This document shows positions 48,572 through 58,570 of a stretch of 64,000 nt of DNA, piece after piece. Within the stretch, counting starts at the first letter, position 1; the number at the start of each line of letters is the position of its first letter. Source of the stretch: an uncultured virus (IMG/VR IMGVR_UViG_2660237931_000002) (taxonomy: Duplodnaviria > Heunggongvirae > Uroviricota > Caudoviricetes); the IMG/VR virus record IMGVR_UViG_2660237931_000002, positions 1-64,000 of that record; one strand, 5' to 3'. The position numbers were made by a program, and so were the translations under genes. A model generated the notes under the pieces. The model saw only the letters and a list, made by a program, of their open reading frames with translations, did not search any database and was not told the origin of the DNA.

Positions 48572-48877
48572 TTACTTTCTCTGGTGACGCTGCAATTGTT
48601 CTTTCGCTAGGGTGGTCATGGTCTGGGCATTACTGACTACTTGCTCTCCGATATCGCCAATGAGGGCCAGTGTTTCAAGTGCTTTGTTAAGAGTGAGTTG
48701 CACATTCTCGGGGCCGCTTGAAGCAGTCTGCCGTCTGGCTATTTCGCCACGTAAGGCAGAAACGATAAACCCGGCATTGCTTTCGCCATCCCGCTTAACT
48801 AACTCCATGCTTTCCATCACATCGTGTGGAATGCGCACTGTGGTCATTTGTGATTTTGCATTTTTATATACGGACAT
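48572..48877 (-). CDS. YlcI/YnfO-like ribbon-helix-helix regulator
   Basis: NAKSQ..TVRIPHDV......K.DGES..GFIV.A.RGEIARRQ. Confidence 0.78.
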   Translation of the reverse strand: MSVYKNAKSQMTTVRIPHDVMESMELVKRDGESNAGFIVSALRGEIARRQTASSGPENVQLTLNKALETLALIGDIGEQVVSNAQTMTTLAKEQLQRHQRK

Positions 48878-48899
48878 AGTGAATTACCTGATTGAATCG

Positions 48900-48996
48900 T
48901 GTATCTCACTATACATATAAATGAGATACAAAAAAACTTGAATTGTATCTCATGCAATATTATGGTGTATCTCACCAGGTGGTGTCCTGTATCTCA
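48900..48996. promoter_or_regulatory. Array of five TGTATCTCA boxes at exact 22-bp period
   Basis: Starts 48900, 48922 (inverted), 48944, 48966, 48988. Confidence 0.85.
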
Positions 48997-49087
48997 GTTT
49001 TTAGGCCACTTAGTAAAAACAGCGAAGCCCGGAAGTGCGCGAACACTAACCGGGCTTCTGACCAAACCGTTAGTTGAGGTAACAGAT

Positions 49088-49366
49088 ATGGCTGGTAAAC
49101 AGCATACCCAAACTCACCCCAAATTTACATGGCTATTCTTGGCTACCCGAGAAGCGTTTTCTGAATGTTCACCTGTAGTCCTCAGATGTGATGCAGATTC
49201 GGAGGAGGATGCTCGAGCAATCTTCCCTGAGTGGCATCTAACCTTTGCAGCAAAAATCCGTACTGAAAGTCCCTATTCGTATACTTGGACTGACAAAAAT
49301 CGAGCAACTCTCTGGTCAATTATGGGAGGCGAAATCAACCTTCCTCTGGAGGCTCGAAATGTCTAA
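49088..49366 (+). CDS. Icd-like host cell division inhibitor (P4/PICI ash region)
   Basis: QHTQTHPKFTWLF..A.SE..AR......L.FAAKIR. Confidence 0.75.
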   Translation: MAGKQHTQTHPKFTWLFLATREAFSECSPVVLRCDADSEEDARAIFPEWHLTFAAKIRTESPYSYTWTDKNRATLWSIMGGEINLPLEARNV

Positions 49367-49613
49367 GCCACAACTGCGCTATATCGCTGAACTAAAAAAT
49401 CTTGAAGAGCATGAGCAGGAATTGCGTACTGCCGCGCTTAGTGCTGCCCAAGCAAAAATCGTGGCGACTATGCTGGTGTGTTATCCCAATGCAATGGAGG
49501 ACGGTGAAATTACCGCGATTGGCCAGTTATTTGAGTCCCTGGCCACTAACCTCGATAGTTTCTTGAAAGCAGAATGCGAGCGTTTTGAAAGTTGTTCGGA
49601 GGTTCAGTCATGA
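49359..49613 (+). CDS. Hypothetical satellite protein
   Basis: GGAGG RBS, overlapping operon. Confidence 0.65.
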   Translation: MSKPQLRYIAELKNLEEHEQELRTAALSAAQAKIVATMLVCYPNAMEDGEITAIGQLFESLATNLDSFLKAECERFESCSEVQS

Positions 49614-49978
49614 TTAGCAACGTCAAATTCAATGAACTGGAAAAACGCTTTGATCTGCTGGTGGAGAAAGTCAACGTTCTTGAAGAAAAAGTAAGAGCGC
49701 TGACTGATAGTCAGGGCGGTGAAATCCCACCCGGTATGACTCCTGTCGCTACGCTGGCGGCTGAGTATGGCATTTCTACCAAAAAAGCGGAGGAACTGGC
49801 GAAAAATACGGGCGTTATGTTGGTTAAGCTGAAATCAGGAGGCTTTATTGTGCCTGATGAGAAATTCAGGGAAGCGGCCCGACTTGTTCTCCGTAGCGCA
49901 AAACGAAAATACGGTTCGGCCTACTGGTTTCATCCGCTGATGGGCAAATTCCAAATGAGCGGAGGGATCCCGAAGTGA
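49610..49978 (+). CDS. Hypothetical satellite protein upstream of primase
   Basis: GGAGG RBS, ATGA overlap, coiled-coil N-term. Confidence 0.7.
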   Translation: MISNVKFNELEKRFDLLVEKVNVLEEKVRALTDSQGGEIPPGMTPVATLAAEYGISTKKAEELAKNTGVMLVKLKSGGFIVPDEKFREAARLVLRSAKRKYGSAYWFHPLMGKFQMSGGIPK

Positions 49979-51777
49979 AAAATGCACCTAACGTAAAGGC
50001 GCTGCCGAAAGACAAGTTTACAGAAGCGATTATTTTCGCGGGTGCCGACGCGTGGAGTCATGCCAAAGGCTGGGAAGAGGGGTTAGGAAAGCAGATCGCG
50101 GAAGATACCACGCCTCCTGTTTATCTTGGCCCGCGGCAACTGGAGGAACTGGATAACCTGCGCATTATCGATGATGGCCGCCGAGCTGCACGGGTGTACC
50201 TAGCTGGCGATATCGAGACGTCGATGATTAGTGCCATTGGTGCCAAGCTGGCACAGGCTGGGGTACAGGAGGCAAAACTTTATAAGGGTATTCCCGATAC
50301 TCATCCGGAGGACTGGCGAGATCACCTTAATCGGATTAGGGAAGGGAAAAGCACAGTAGTAAATCTGCCAGTGACGAAAAGAGAACCAGCGCATGATGAA
50401 GTTAGCCCGGCTCTTAATCAGATGGGGGCCAGCCAGCGCGGGCAAGTGCTGCTGGCCCATTACGATGGAGACCTGGCTATTCATGCTGATTCGGACATGG
50501 TTCACCACTATAACGGTGTGATCTGGAATCCACTCCCGGATAAAGAGCTGCAACGGGCAATGGCGCAGATTTACATTGATGCTGAGGTAGCCTATTCGCA
50601 GAACGCCATCAAATCGGCGGTGGAAACCATGAAGCTGAGTCTGCCGGTGATGGGCGTAACAGCCCGCAACCTCATTGGCTTCAGCAACGGCGTATTTGAT
50701 ACCCGGACGGGGCAGTTCAGGGAGCACAGCAAAACCGACTGGTTGTTGATTGCCAGTGAACTGCCATTCAGTCCACCAGCTGAGGGGGAGACACTGGCCA
50801 GCCATGCGCCGAACTTCTGGAAGTGGTTACGCCGTTCCGTGGCCTACAACGACCGCAAAACAGACCGTGTGCTGGCGGCGCTATTTATGGTGCTGGCGAA
50901 CCGGTACGACTGGCAGCTGTTCCTTGAGGTTACGGGCCCCGGCGGTAGCGGTAAAAGCGTGATGTCTGAAATATGCACCATGCTGGCAGGCAGAGCCAAT
51001 ACTGTGGCCGCCAGTATGAAAAATCTGGAGGACGCGAGGGACAGGGCGCTGGTGGTCGGCTACTCACTGATCATCATGCCGGATATGACCCGTTACGCTG
51101 GTGATGGCGCCGGGATTAAGGCCATTACCGGCGGCGATAAGGTGTCAATCGACCCGAAACATAAAGCACCATATTCAACCCGTATTCCTGCTGTGGTACT
51201 GGCCGTAAACAACAACGCCATGACCTTCAGCGACCGCAGTGGGGGTATATCGCGCCGGCGAGTTATATTCAACTTTACGGAAGTTGTTCCGGAAAACGAG
51301 CGCGATACGATGCTGGCTGAAAAGATAGAAGGTGAGCTGGCCGTCATCATTCGCCACCTGCTGATCCGCTTTTCCAGTCAGGACGAAGCCAAACAGCTGC
51401 TGCATGAACAGCAGAAGTCAGAAGAGGCACTGGCTATCAAGCGTGAAGGTGATTCGCTGGTGGATTTCTGCGGTTATCTGATGGCGTCGGTAGTGTGTGA
51501 TGGGATGTTTATCGGCAATGCGGAGATTGTGCCATTCAGCCCGCGCAAATATCTGTATCACGCCTATCTGGCATACATGCGGGCCAATGGCCTGAGTAAG
51601 CCAGTCTCTCTGATGCGGTTTGGTACCGATATGCCAGGCGCAATGGCCGAGTACGGGAAGAAGTACGAAAAGCGGAAAACCAAGCACGGTATCAGGTCAA
51701 ACGTTACGCTACACGACGACTCAGACGACTGGATGCCGTCATGTAACAATAATTCTGAAAGTGCTGGGCTAGAGTAA
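49975..51777 (+). CDS. P4/D5-type primase-helicase (SF3)
   Basis: GFSNGVFD, GPGGSGKS, IKAITGGD, GISRRRVIF. Confidence 0.92.
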   Translation: MKNAPNVKALPKDKFTEAIIFAGADAWSHAKGWEEGLGKQIAEDTTPPVYLGPRQLEELDNLRIIDDGRRAARVYLAGDIETSMISAIGAKLAQAGVQEAKLYKGIPDTHPEDWRDHLNRIREGKSTVVNLPVTKREPAHDEVSPALNQMGASQRGQVLLAHYDGDLAIHADSDMVHHYNGVIWNPLPDKELQRAMAQIYIDAEVAYSQNAIKSAVETMKLSLPVMGVTARNLIGFSNGVFDTRTGQFREHSKTDWLLIASELPFSPPAEGETLASHAPNFWKWLRRSVAYNDRKTDRVLAALFMVLANRYDWQLFLEVTGPGGSGKSVMSEICTMLAGRANTVAASMKNLEDARDRALVVGYSLIIMPDMTRYAGDGAGIKAITGGDKVSIDPKHKAPYSTRIPAVVLAVNNNAMTFSDRSGGISRRRVIFNFTEVVPENERDTMLAEKIEGELAVIIRHLLIRFSSQDEAKQLLHEQQKSEEALAIKREGDSLVDFCGYLMASVVCDGMFIGNAEIVPFSPRKYLYHAYLAYMRANGLSKPVSLMRFGTDMPGAMAEYGKKYEKRKTKHGIRSNVTLHDDSDDWMPSCNNNSESAGLE

Positions 51778-51789
51778 AGTTATAGGTAA

Positions 51790-52020
51790 AGTGTTCACCA
51801 GTATTCACCATGTTAAAAAGTCTATTTATTACATGATGTTAAGGGGTGAGCACTTATTTATGAAGTATTCACCAAGTATTCACCTGTTCACCTTTTGATT
51901 GTTTTTTAGCCTAAAGGGTGAAGGAGATGGTGAACACTTGTGAACACTTAAAAGTGATGTGTTCACCACTTAATAAATTGAATTTATTGATAAAAAGTGT
52001 AAGAGTGAACAGGTGAACCC
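51790..52020. repeat. Satellite origin with P4-like TGTTCACC iterons
   Basis: About a dozen (T/G)TTCACC / GTGAAC-type copies in both orientations, AT-rich, directly after primase. Confidence 0.8.
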
Positions 52021-52061
52021 TTAAACATATATTTTAAATTTTAAAGCTTAGGAGTTGTGAC

Positions 52062-52340
52062 ATGCCAATCACATACGAAGAACGTAGGGAGCACATGGAG
52101 ATGTATGGTTTAACCAGTCTTGAAACGATGCACATTGCTGAATATCGGAAAGCACTTGAGGAGGAGGCATTCTTCTGGGATGATCCACACGGGTTTGTTA
52201 TGCATACTCTTTCTGGCGAAAGGCTCGTTACAAATGTAGAACAACTGGATGCTTTGCTAATGCATCTTGAAAGTTATAGGGCTAATTTGCCTGAGTCGTC
52301 GAGATATATGTTTAAACAGAATCAAATACGTAGTATTTAA
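52062..52340 (+). CDS. Hypothetical protein
   Basis: AGGAG RBS, 92 aa. Confidence 0.65.
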   Translation: MPITYEERREHMEMYGLTSLETMHIAEYRKALEEEAFFWDDPHGFVMHTLSGERLVTNVEQLDALLMHLESYRANLPESSRYMFKQNQIRSI

Positions 52341-52466
52341 GTGAGAAAAGATTATAATAAAAAAAATTTTAAGGCAGGATGGCGTGGTTAATTATTTTTA
52401 AGATTAAATGTTTATTTAATATTTGACCGCGGTGGTGGATTGTTGTAAATAAAACTGAGGTGATTA

Positions 52467-53369
52467 ATGGACTGGAGTAAGATTCCTGATGAATTAAAAG
52501 GGAGATATGATTCTATTTCTGGGATTGATTATGGGTGCTTAAAAATTTCACTCCTTGAGCAAATGAATGTAAATCCTATGCCTACATCGCCTGAAGGGCA
52601 TAGTTTATCATATGAAATATTCTCAAGTGAATTTAATACGATAATGGTGGTGGCACATTTCTATGAAAATTTGTTATCTTTTGAAGACAGGCGGCAGGAG
52701 TTGCAGGGGTATAATGATTTTCAAATTAAAATTCCCGAGCTTTATTTCCAACATCCGTCATTAAACGTCATGTCATCTATTCCGCATAAAGAAAATGTAA
52801 TTATTTCTGAAGTGGTAAGGAAAACTAAGCAAAAGTTAAATTACTCGAAAGATGAATCTTTTGTTTTGAGTCAATTGCATAAACTTGAATTTATCTCGGT
52901 TTTTTCTCATTTAGAAGCATACATAGAAAGTTTGCTAGTGGAATTCATTGGGCTTGAGCGAAAAAAAGCTGCAGCAAAAGTTAGAAAGGCATCGTTGCCA
53001 GATTTAATTGCTGAGGTTTTGAGTACAATTAACCCATTGATAATTGATGTTATTAACTATTTGGATAAGGATGCGCTGCGTTATATTAGGTTCTGCTATA
53101 AATTAAGGAATTTGCATACGCACAATCTTGGGATTGTTAATGAGTACTTCTACAACGAGTGTATTAAAAATAATTACTTTGTGCATGATGTTTCTCTTGA
53201 AACAGGTGAGCCCGAACTTGAATATGCAAGAATGAATTTTGAATATTTTGATTATGTTTTTCATGTCGGGAAGGTTGTAAATTTATCTTCTATGTTGCGA
53301 CCTTTTAGACTTTTCGCTAGAGAGATTGTTTTCATCACAGAGGCATTTTGCAAAGTCGAGGGGAAGTGA
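52467..53369 (+). CDS. HEPN-domain protein, AT-rich cargo
   Basis: FISVFSHLEAYIE helix and LRNLHTHNLG (R-x4-H) motif. Confidence 0.72.
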   Translation: MDWSKIPDELKGRYDSISGIDYGCLKISLLEQMNVNPMPTSPEGHSLSYEIFSSEFNTIMVVAHFYENLLSFEDRRQELQGYNDFQIKIPELYFQHPSLNVMSSIPHKENVIISEVVRKTKQKLNYSKDESFVLSQLHKLEFISVFSHLEAYIESLLVEFIGLERKKAAAKVRKASLPDLIAEVLSTINPLIIDVINYLDKDALRYIRFCYKLRNLHTHNLGIVNEYFYNECIKNNYFVHDVSLETGEPELEYARMNFEYFDYVFHVGKVVNLSSMLRPFRLFAREIVFITEAFCKVEGK

Positions 53370-53859
53370 GGTTGAGTTTTCTGGAGTGACTGATGCGCTT
53401 AATTTTTGTTTGATGGTGCATCAGTTAAGTGACTTTGTTTTAATAATGTTGTTGGGAAGGTTGCCTTCTGAAATAAATGTACGTTTTTTGCTGTTTGATT
53501 CAAGAGAAAAATTGCGGTGATGTATGAATTTATACTGTGATTTTTCAATATATTATTGAGATTTTTTCTTACCCCACTATCCTTATCGTTGATTTCGGGG
53601 TTTATAAAAGTCAATGATAGACTTCATTAATTGTAAATTATTTGTTCATTATCTTTCATTGCTGTTCATCATCAAATACGGTTATTTACTTCATTGTTTC
53701 AATGTTTATCTTAGGGAGTGGCACTCAGACGTGAGCCGCCGCTGGCCGTTTAACCAAACTGTGCGAGATAGCCGGAGAGAGTCCTAAATAGGTTAAATGG
53801 CCATTTTCTTTTCTGCGCTGGTTTCACGTCTCAACGTTAATTGTTACGGAAACCACTCC

Positions 53860-55026
53860 ATGAAGAAATTACTCGAATTACGCCAGCAAAAAGCTGCCCT
53901 CAAAACGCAGATGCGATCCATGCTGGAGAAAGCCGACAATGAAAAGCGCAGCCTGAATGATGAAGAGGGGAAACAGTTTGACGAACTTCGCGCCCGTGCT
54001 GATACGCTTGAAGTGGAAATTACCCGCCTTGAAGCCGTTGCCAACGATGAGCGCAATCTGCCTGGTACTTCCGTAGAAGGTGAGCCAGTAAACAACGACG
54101 AACTGCGGCACTACATCATGACCGGTGATACCCGTTCTCTCTCCACGCTGGTGCAGGCTGATGGCGGCTATACCGTTATCCCTGAACTGGATAAAGAGAT
54201 CATGCGGCAGTTGCAGGATGATAGCGTGATGCGATCTATCGCGACAGTGAAGACAACCAAAACCAACGAATACCAGAAGCTGGTATCTGTGGGCGGTGCT
54301 GCCGTTAAGCATGGGGCAGAAGGTGAAGCGCGTGCAGAAACTACCACACCGAGAATGGAACGTGTCGATATCAAACTCAGCCCGATCTATGCATACCCGA
54401 AAACCACTCAGGAGATCCTCGATTTTTCCGAGGTGGATATTCTGGGTTGGTTATCTTCTGAAATCTCCGACACCTTCAGCGCTACTGAAGAAAATGATTT
54501 TGTTAACGGCGATGGTGTGAAGAAGGCTAAAGGCTTTCTGGCTTATGACCGTGTGTCCACCAGCGATAAAACCCGCCCGTTCGGTACGCTGGAGAAAATG
54601 GAAACTGCTGCTGTTAACTCAGATGGTTTGATCGACCTGCTATACAAGCTGAAAGCAAAATACCGCAAGAACGCCGTATGGGTGATGAACTCGAATACTG
54701 CGGCCACGCTTCAGAAGCTGAAAAACGATAACGGGGACTATATCTGGCGCGATCGTCTGGTCGCTGACTCTCCTGATACGCTGCTGGGCCGTCCGGTTCA
54801 GTATCTGGAAACTATGCCCGATGCGGCTCCGGGAGAAGCATTTCTGGCGGTAGGCGATTTTAAGCGTGGTTACTTCATTGTCGATCACACCACAGGCGTG
54901 CGCACCCGTCCTGACAATATCACCGAACCGGGTTTCTACAAGGTGCATACCGATAAATACCTGGGCGGCGGCGTGGTGGACTCCTGCGCCATCAAGGTGC
55001 TTGAGCTTTCCGGCTCCGGTTCCTGA
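53860..55026 (+). CDS. Satellite major capsid protein (HK97 fold with delta domain)
   Basis: Coiled-coil N-term, DGGYTV.PE, GDG..K.KG, LLGRPV, GDFKRGY. Confidence 0.95.
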   Translation: MKKLLELRQQKAALKTQMRSMLEKADNEKRSLNDEEGKQFDELRARADTLEVEITRLEAVANDERNLPGTSVEGEPVNNDELRHYIMTGDTRSLSTLVQADGGYTVIPELDKEIMRQLQDDSVMRSIATVKTTKTNEYQKLVSVGGAAVKHGAEGEARAETTTPRMERVDIKLSPIYAYPKTTQEILDFSEVDILGWLSSEISDTFSATEENDFVNGDGVKKAKGFLAYDRVSTSDKTRPFGTLEKMETAAVNSDGLIDLLYKLKAKYRKNAVWVMNSNTAATLQKLKNDNGDYIWRDRLVADSPDTLLGRPVQYLETMPDAAPGEAFLAVGDFKRGYFIVDHTTGVRTRPDNITEPGFYKVHTDKYLGGGVVDSCAIKVLELSGSGS

Positions 55027-55076
55027 TCTGACGTTTAAGGGGCTTCGGCTCCTTTTGCCCTCTGTGGAGTCCAGTA

Positions 55077-55637
55077 ATGAAAACAATCGATTTTGAAATC
55101 CGAACCTCTGAGCTGAGCGCCAGCAACAAAAAGCTGGTGGGCTATGCCGTGCGCTGGAACAGCCTGTCAGAAGTTATCTGGGATGAGTTCCGCGAGCAGT
55201 TTGTACCGGGGGCGTTTAAAGACAGCCTGGCATCCGGTAGCGATGTGCGCGCACTGTACGAGCATAACTATACCCAACTGCTGGGGCGCACTAAATCCGG
55301 CACGCTGGTGCTGTCCGAGGACGATACCGGGCTGCGCTTTGAGCTTACCCCACCGAATACCCAGCTTGGGAATGATGTGCTGGAGCTGGTGGAACGTGGG
55401 GATATTTCCGGCATGAGTTTTGGTTTCCGTGCGCTGAAAGAGGCATGGGATATCGGCCAGTCTCCGTACCTCCGTACTGTAATAGCTGCCGACCTGCGGG
55501 AAATCACAGTTACGTCTATGCCTGCTTATCCTGAATCTGGTGTGGAAATCGCGCACCGTTCGCTTTTCTCCCAACATCCTGAACTGCGTCGCGCTGGCGA
55601 TAACCGTCGCCGCTGGGCTGAATTAGCGGGGCTTTGA
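55077..55637 (+). CDS. Prohead protease (HK97 family)
   Basis: GYA, F.E.F.PGAF, LYEHN, GMSFGF, EIT.T..PAYP. Confidence 0.93.
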   Translation: MKTIDFEIRTSELSASNKKLVGYAVRWNSLSEVIWDEFREQFVPGAFKDSLASGSDVRALYEHNYTQLLGRTKSGTLVLSEDDTGLRFELTPPNTQLGNDVLELVERGDISGMSFGFRALKEAWDIGQSPYLRTVIAADLREITVTSMPAYPESGVEIAHRSLFSQHPELRRAGDNRRRWAELAGL

Positions 55638-55638
55638 T

Positions 55639-56874
55639 ATGTGGAATATCTGGCCGTTTGGCCGTAAGTCTGAACCCTCCGAGCAGCGCAGCATGACCAT
55701 TGATGAGTTTCTGGCGATGGCAGGGATTCCAAATACCGTATCAGGCGAGTACGTGTCTGCGGGTACTGCGGAATCTCTGCCGGCGGTGATGAATGCTGTT
55801 TCCGTTATCAGTGAAGCTGTGGCGACAATGCCCTGTTACCTCTATCGGGTACGAAATGATAAAGGACGAGAGGCGCGGGAGTGGCTGAGCAATCACCCGG
55901 TGGATTTTCTCCTGAACGAACAGCCTAACGACTGCCAGACGCCTTACCAGTTTAAACGCACGATGATGCGCCACTGCCTGCTGAATGGTAACGCCTATGC
56001 GGTGATCCAGTGGGGCCGTGACGGCCAGCCGCAATCCCTGCATCCGTATGCGCCGGGGGCGGTTGTTCCCGAACGTATTGGCCAGCATAAGTACAAATAC
56101 ACCGTTACTGAACCGTTTACGGGGGCTGTGCACACCTACTTGCAGGAAGAGATGCTGCACCTGCGTTACTCCACCGACGATGGCTTTCTGGGGCGTTCGC
56201 CGATCACCGTCTGCCGTGAGGCGTTGGGGCTGGGCCTCGCTCAGCAGCGCCACGGTGCCAGCATTATGAAAGATGGCATGATGGCGGCTGGCGTGGTCAC
56301 TACTGCTGAATGGCTCGACAGCTTAAAGGGCAAACAAGCTCTGGACGCACTGGAACGCTACAAAGGTGCCAGAAACGCCGGGAAAACGCCGATCCTTGAA
56401 GGTGGCATGGACTATAAGCAGCTTGGCATGAGCAATCAGGATGCTGAGTGGCTGGCCTCCCGTCGCTTCACCATTGAAGATATTGCCCGCATGTTTAACG
56501 TTTCTCCTATCTTTCTGCAGGAATACAGCAACAGCACCTACAGCAATTTTAGTGAGGCGAGCCGCGCCTTTCTTACCATGACAATGCGCCCGTGGCTGGC
56601 GAACTTTGAGCAGCAGATTAAATCCGCGTTGCTGGTGGCATCGCCTGTACCCGGAATCCGTTATCAGGTGGAGTTCGACTCTGCCGATCTTCTTCGAGCC
56701 ACTCCAACCGAACGTTACGCAACTTATGAGCGCGGTATCAAGAACGGGATCATGAACCCGAACGAAGCCCGCGAACGGGAAGGGATGCCACCGCGTGAAG
56801 GTGGCGACGAATACAGTCAGGCATGGAAGCAGGAAGTGAAGGTCAGTAAGGACAACAAGGACGGTGACGAATGA
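55639..56874 (+). CDS. Portal protein (HK97 family)
   Basis: LL..QPN..QT...F, LNGNAY, G.SP, IARMFNV, NPNEARERE. Confidence 0.95.
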   Translation: MWNIWPFGRKSEPSEQRSMTIDEFLAMAGIPNTVSGEYVSAGTAESLPAVMNAVSVISEAVATMPCYLYRVRNDKGREAREWLSNHPVDFLLNEQPNDCQTPYQFKRTMMRHCLLNGNAYAVIQWGRDGQPQSLHPYAPGAVVPERIGQHKYKYTVTEPFTGAVHTYLQEEMLHLRYSTDDGFLGRSPITVCREALGLGLAQQRHGASIMKDGMMAAGVVTTAEWLDSLKGKQALDALERYKGARNAGKTPILEGGMDYKQLGMSNQDAEWLASRRFTIEDIARMFNVSPIFLQEYSNSTYSNFSEASRAFLTMTMRPWLANFEQQIKSALLVASPVPGIRYQVEFDSADLLRATPTERYATYERGIKNGIMNPNEAREREGMPPREGGDEYSQAWKQEVKVSKDNKDGDE

Positions 56875-57209
56875 GAGCCGGAAAGATGAAACGCCGCGTC
56901 ACTTTTCAGAAGTCAGAATCTCACCGTGATCAGATGGGGCAGGTTATCTCTGTGTGGTCTGACCTTGCCACCGTCTGGGCTGAAATCCGCGCTATAAGTG
57001 GGCGTGAGCGTATGTCTTCAGGGGGGCTCTACTCCGAAGCCACTGTACGAATCTGGACGCGCTACCGCGACGATATCACCACCGCAAACCGCATTTTGTA
57101 CCGCTCGCCAAATGTCCGGGGGCAGGTTTACGGCATTGTGGCCGTCATTCCTGATGTGGATCACACCCGGCTTGAGCTGCTGTGCAAGGGAGGCATTTTC
57201 AATGAATGA
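56871..57209 (+). CDS. Head closure / tail adaptor
   Basis: MRAGKM.RRVTFQ, VWAEIRAISGRE. Confidence 0.9.
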   Translation: MRAGKMKRRVTFQKSESHRDQMGQVISVWSDLATVWAEIRAISGRERMSSGGLYSEATVRIWTRYRDDITTANRILYRSPNVRGQVYGIVAVIPDVDHTRLELLCKGGIFNE

Positions 57210-57495
57210 GTTAATTGGTCTGGAAGAAGCAAAGCTGCATTGCCGTATTGATGATGATTATGAAGACACGCTGATACAGGCGTACATCGATGCGGCGCTG
57301 GAGGTTTGCCAGAAGCATATCGGCAAGCGGTTTGATAACGGGCTGGAGTTTACGCCAGCTATCAAGATTGGCTGTCTGATGTACGTATCTCAGTTGTACG
57401 AGTACCGCACGATGATTGGTGATACTGACGCCAAAGAGATACCGATGGCTGTCTCTGCGTTGTGGTCTGTCTATCGTGATGTGGGGGTGTACTGA
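57202..57495 (+). CDS. Head-tail connector
   Basis: LEEAKLHCRID...ED.LI..YI.AA, LYEYR. Confidence 0.9.
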   Translation: MNELIGLEEAKLHCRIDDDYEDTLIQAYIDAALEVCQKHIGKRFDNGLEFTPAIKIGCLMYVSQLYEYRTMIGDTDAKEIPMAVSALWSVYRDVGVY

Positions 57496-57938
57496 TGCCG
57501 TGGCAACCACTACACCGATGCACTGAGCCGGGATGTAATAAAAGGGTGAAGTCTGGCAAGTGTGACGAGCATAAGCGGGATGCCCGCCGACAAAGCGACA
57601 GCCGAAGAGGTACGCGAACAGAGCGTGGTTACTCCAACCGCTGGGGCGAATACCGTCGTCATTTTCTGAAAGCTAATCCGCTGTGTGTCCATTGTCTTAA
57701 GGCTGACGTCTATACATCGGCAACTATCGTCGATCACATCATCCCTATCGAGGGTGAAGCCGATGTGCTGTTCTGGCCTGCCAGTAATCACCAGTCGTTA
57801 TGTGCTGCCTGTCATGGACGGAAGACAACCACAACAGACCCGGTGACGAAGCAGCAGCGTAAAGCCGGTAAGTTCCGTGAGCAGGAAGAAGCAGCATGTC
57901 ATCGCACCGACTGGATCTATGAGGCAAACAATGACTGA
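57495..57938 (+). CDS. HNH endonuclease (packaging)
   Basis: RGYS.RW, PLCVHC, VDHIIP, NHQSLC..CH..KT. Confidence 0.92.
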   Translation: MPWQPLHRCTEPGCNKRVKSGKCDEHKRDARRQSDSRRGTRTERGYSNRWGEYRRHFLKANPLCVHCLKADVYTSATIVDHIIPIEGEADVLFWPASNHQSLCAACHGRKTTTTDPVTKQQRKAGKFREQEEAACHRTDWIYEANND

Positions 57939-58083
57939 GCAGGAACAGCAGCGGCTGATTAGTGGGCTGATAAAGCAGCGTGAGTCATGGCAACCAGCCA
58001 GACAGAGGGCGTTTAAGAAGCCCGCAGCAAAGCGCATGAGCCCGCGTGACCGGGAGCTTATGGAATGCTTTCGCAACCGCTGA
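57931..58083 (+). CDS. Small hypothetical protein
   Basis: GAGG RBS, 50 aa between HNH and cos. Confidence 0.55.
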   Translation: MTEQEQQRLISGLIKQRESWQPARQRAFKKPAAKRMSPRDRELMECFRNR

Positions 58084-58094
58084 CAGGCCGAATG

Positions 58095-58180
58095 GACGGG
58101 GTGGGGGAGGTTTTCAGGACAAGCCCCTCTCAGCGAGGAACCACCTGCCCCCTCAAATTTTTGCGCTCGGTAATTTTTTT
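58095..58180 (+). other. Probable satellite cos region
   Basis: GGGGTGGGGGAGG run followed by T-rich tracts just before terS; differs from helper cos. Confidence 0.55.
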
Positions 58181-58213
58181 GAAAATAAATCGCGATGGAA
58201 ACGAGAAATTTTT

Positions 58214-58570
58214 ATGGCAAGACCACCAAAACCGCCAGCTTACCTTGATGAGCTAGCCGCGCAGCAGTGGAAAGCAAAGGCGAAGCAACTGGCGGAGCGC
58301 GGGGATCTGACTCCCGCCGACTGGAATAACCTTGAGCTTTTTTGCGTCAACTATTCGTTGTACCGCAAAGCCGTGGAAGACCTTGCCAGCCGTGGGTTCA
58401 GCATTATTAACAGCCAGGGCGGCGAGAGCCGGAATCCGGCGCTGAGTGCAAAGGCCGATGCTGAAAAAATCATGATTAAAATGTCGTCGCTGCTGGGCTT
58501 TGATCCGGTAAGCCGCCGTCGTAACCCTGTAGAAATGGAAGAGGAAGACGAGCTTGACCGTCTGGGATGA
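58214..58570 (+). CDS. terS: Satellite terminase small subunit (P27 family)
   Basis: PKPPAYL...A..QW, NPAL, LGFDPVSR. Confidence 0.92.
   Translation: MARPPKPPAYLDELAAQQWKAKAKQLAERGDLTPADWNNLELFCVNYSLYRKAVEDLASRGFSIINSQGGESRNPALSAKADAEKIMIKMSSLLGFDPVSRRRNPVEMEEEDELDRLG

Noticed and set aside
48900..48996. Spaced repeats as a mini-CRISPR
   Set aside because: 9-bp repeats, 13-bp gaps and one inverted copy fit an operator array.
53520..53550. LexA box before the satellite capsid operon
   Set aside because: ATGTATGAATTTATACTG lacks the CTG-N10-CAG ends.
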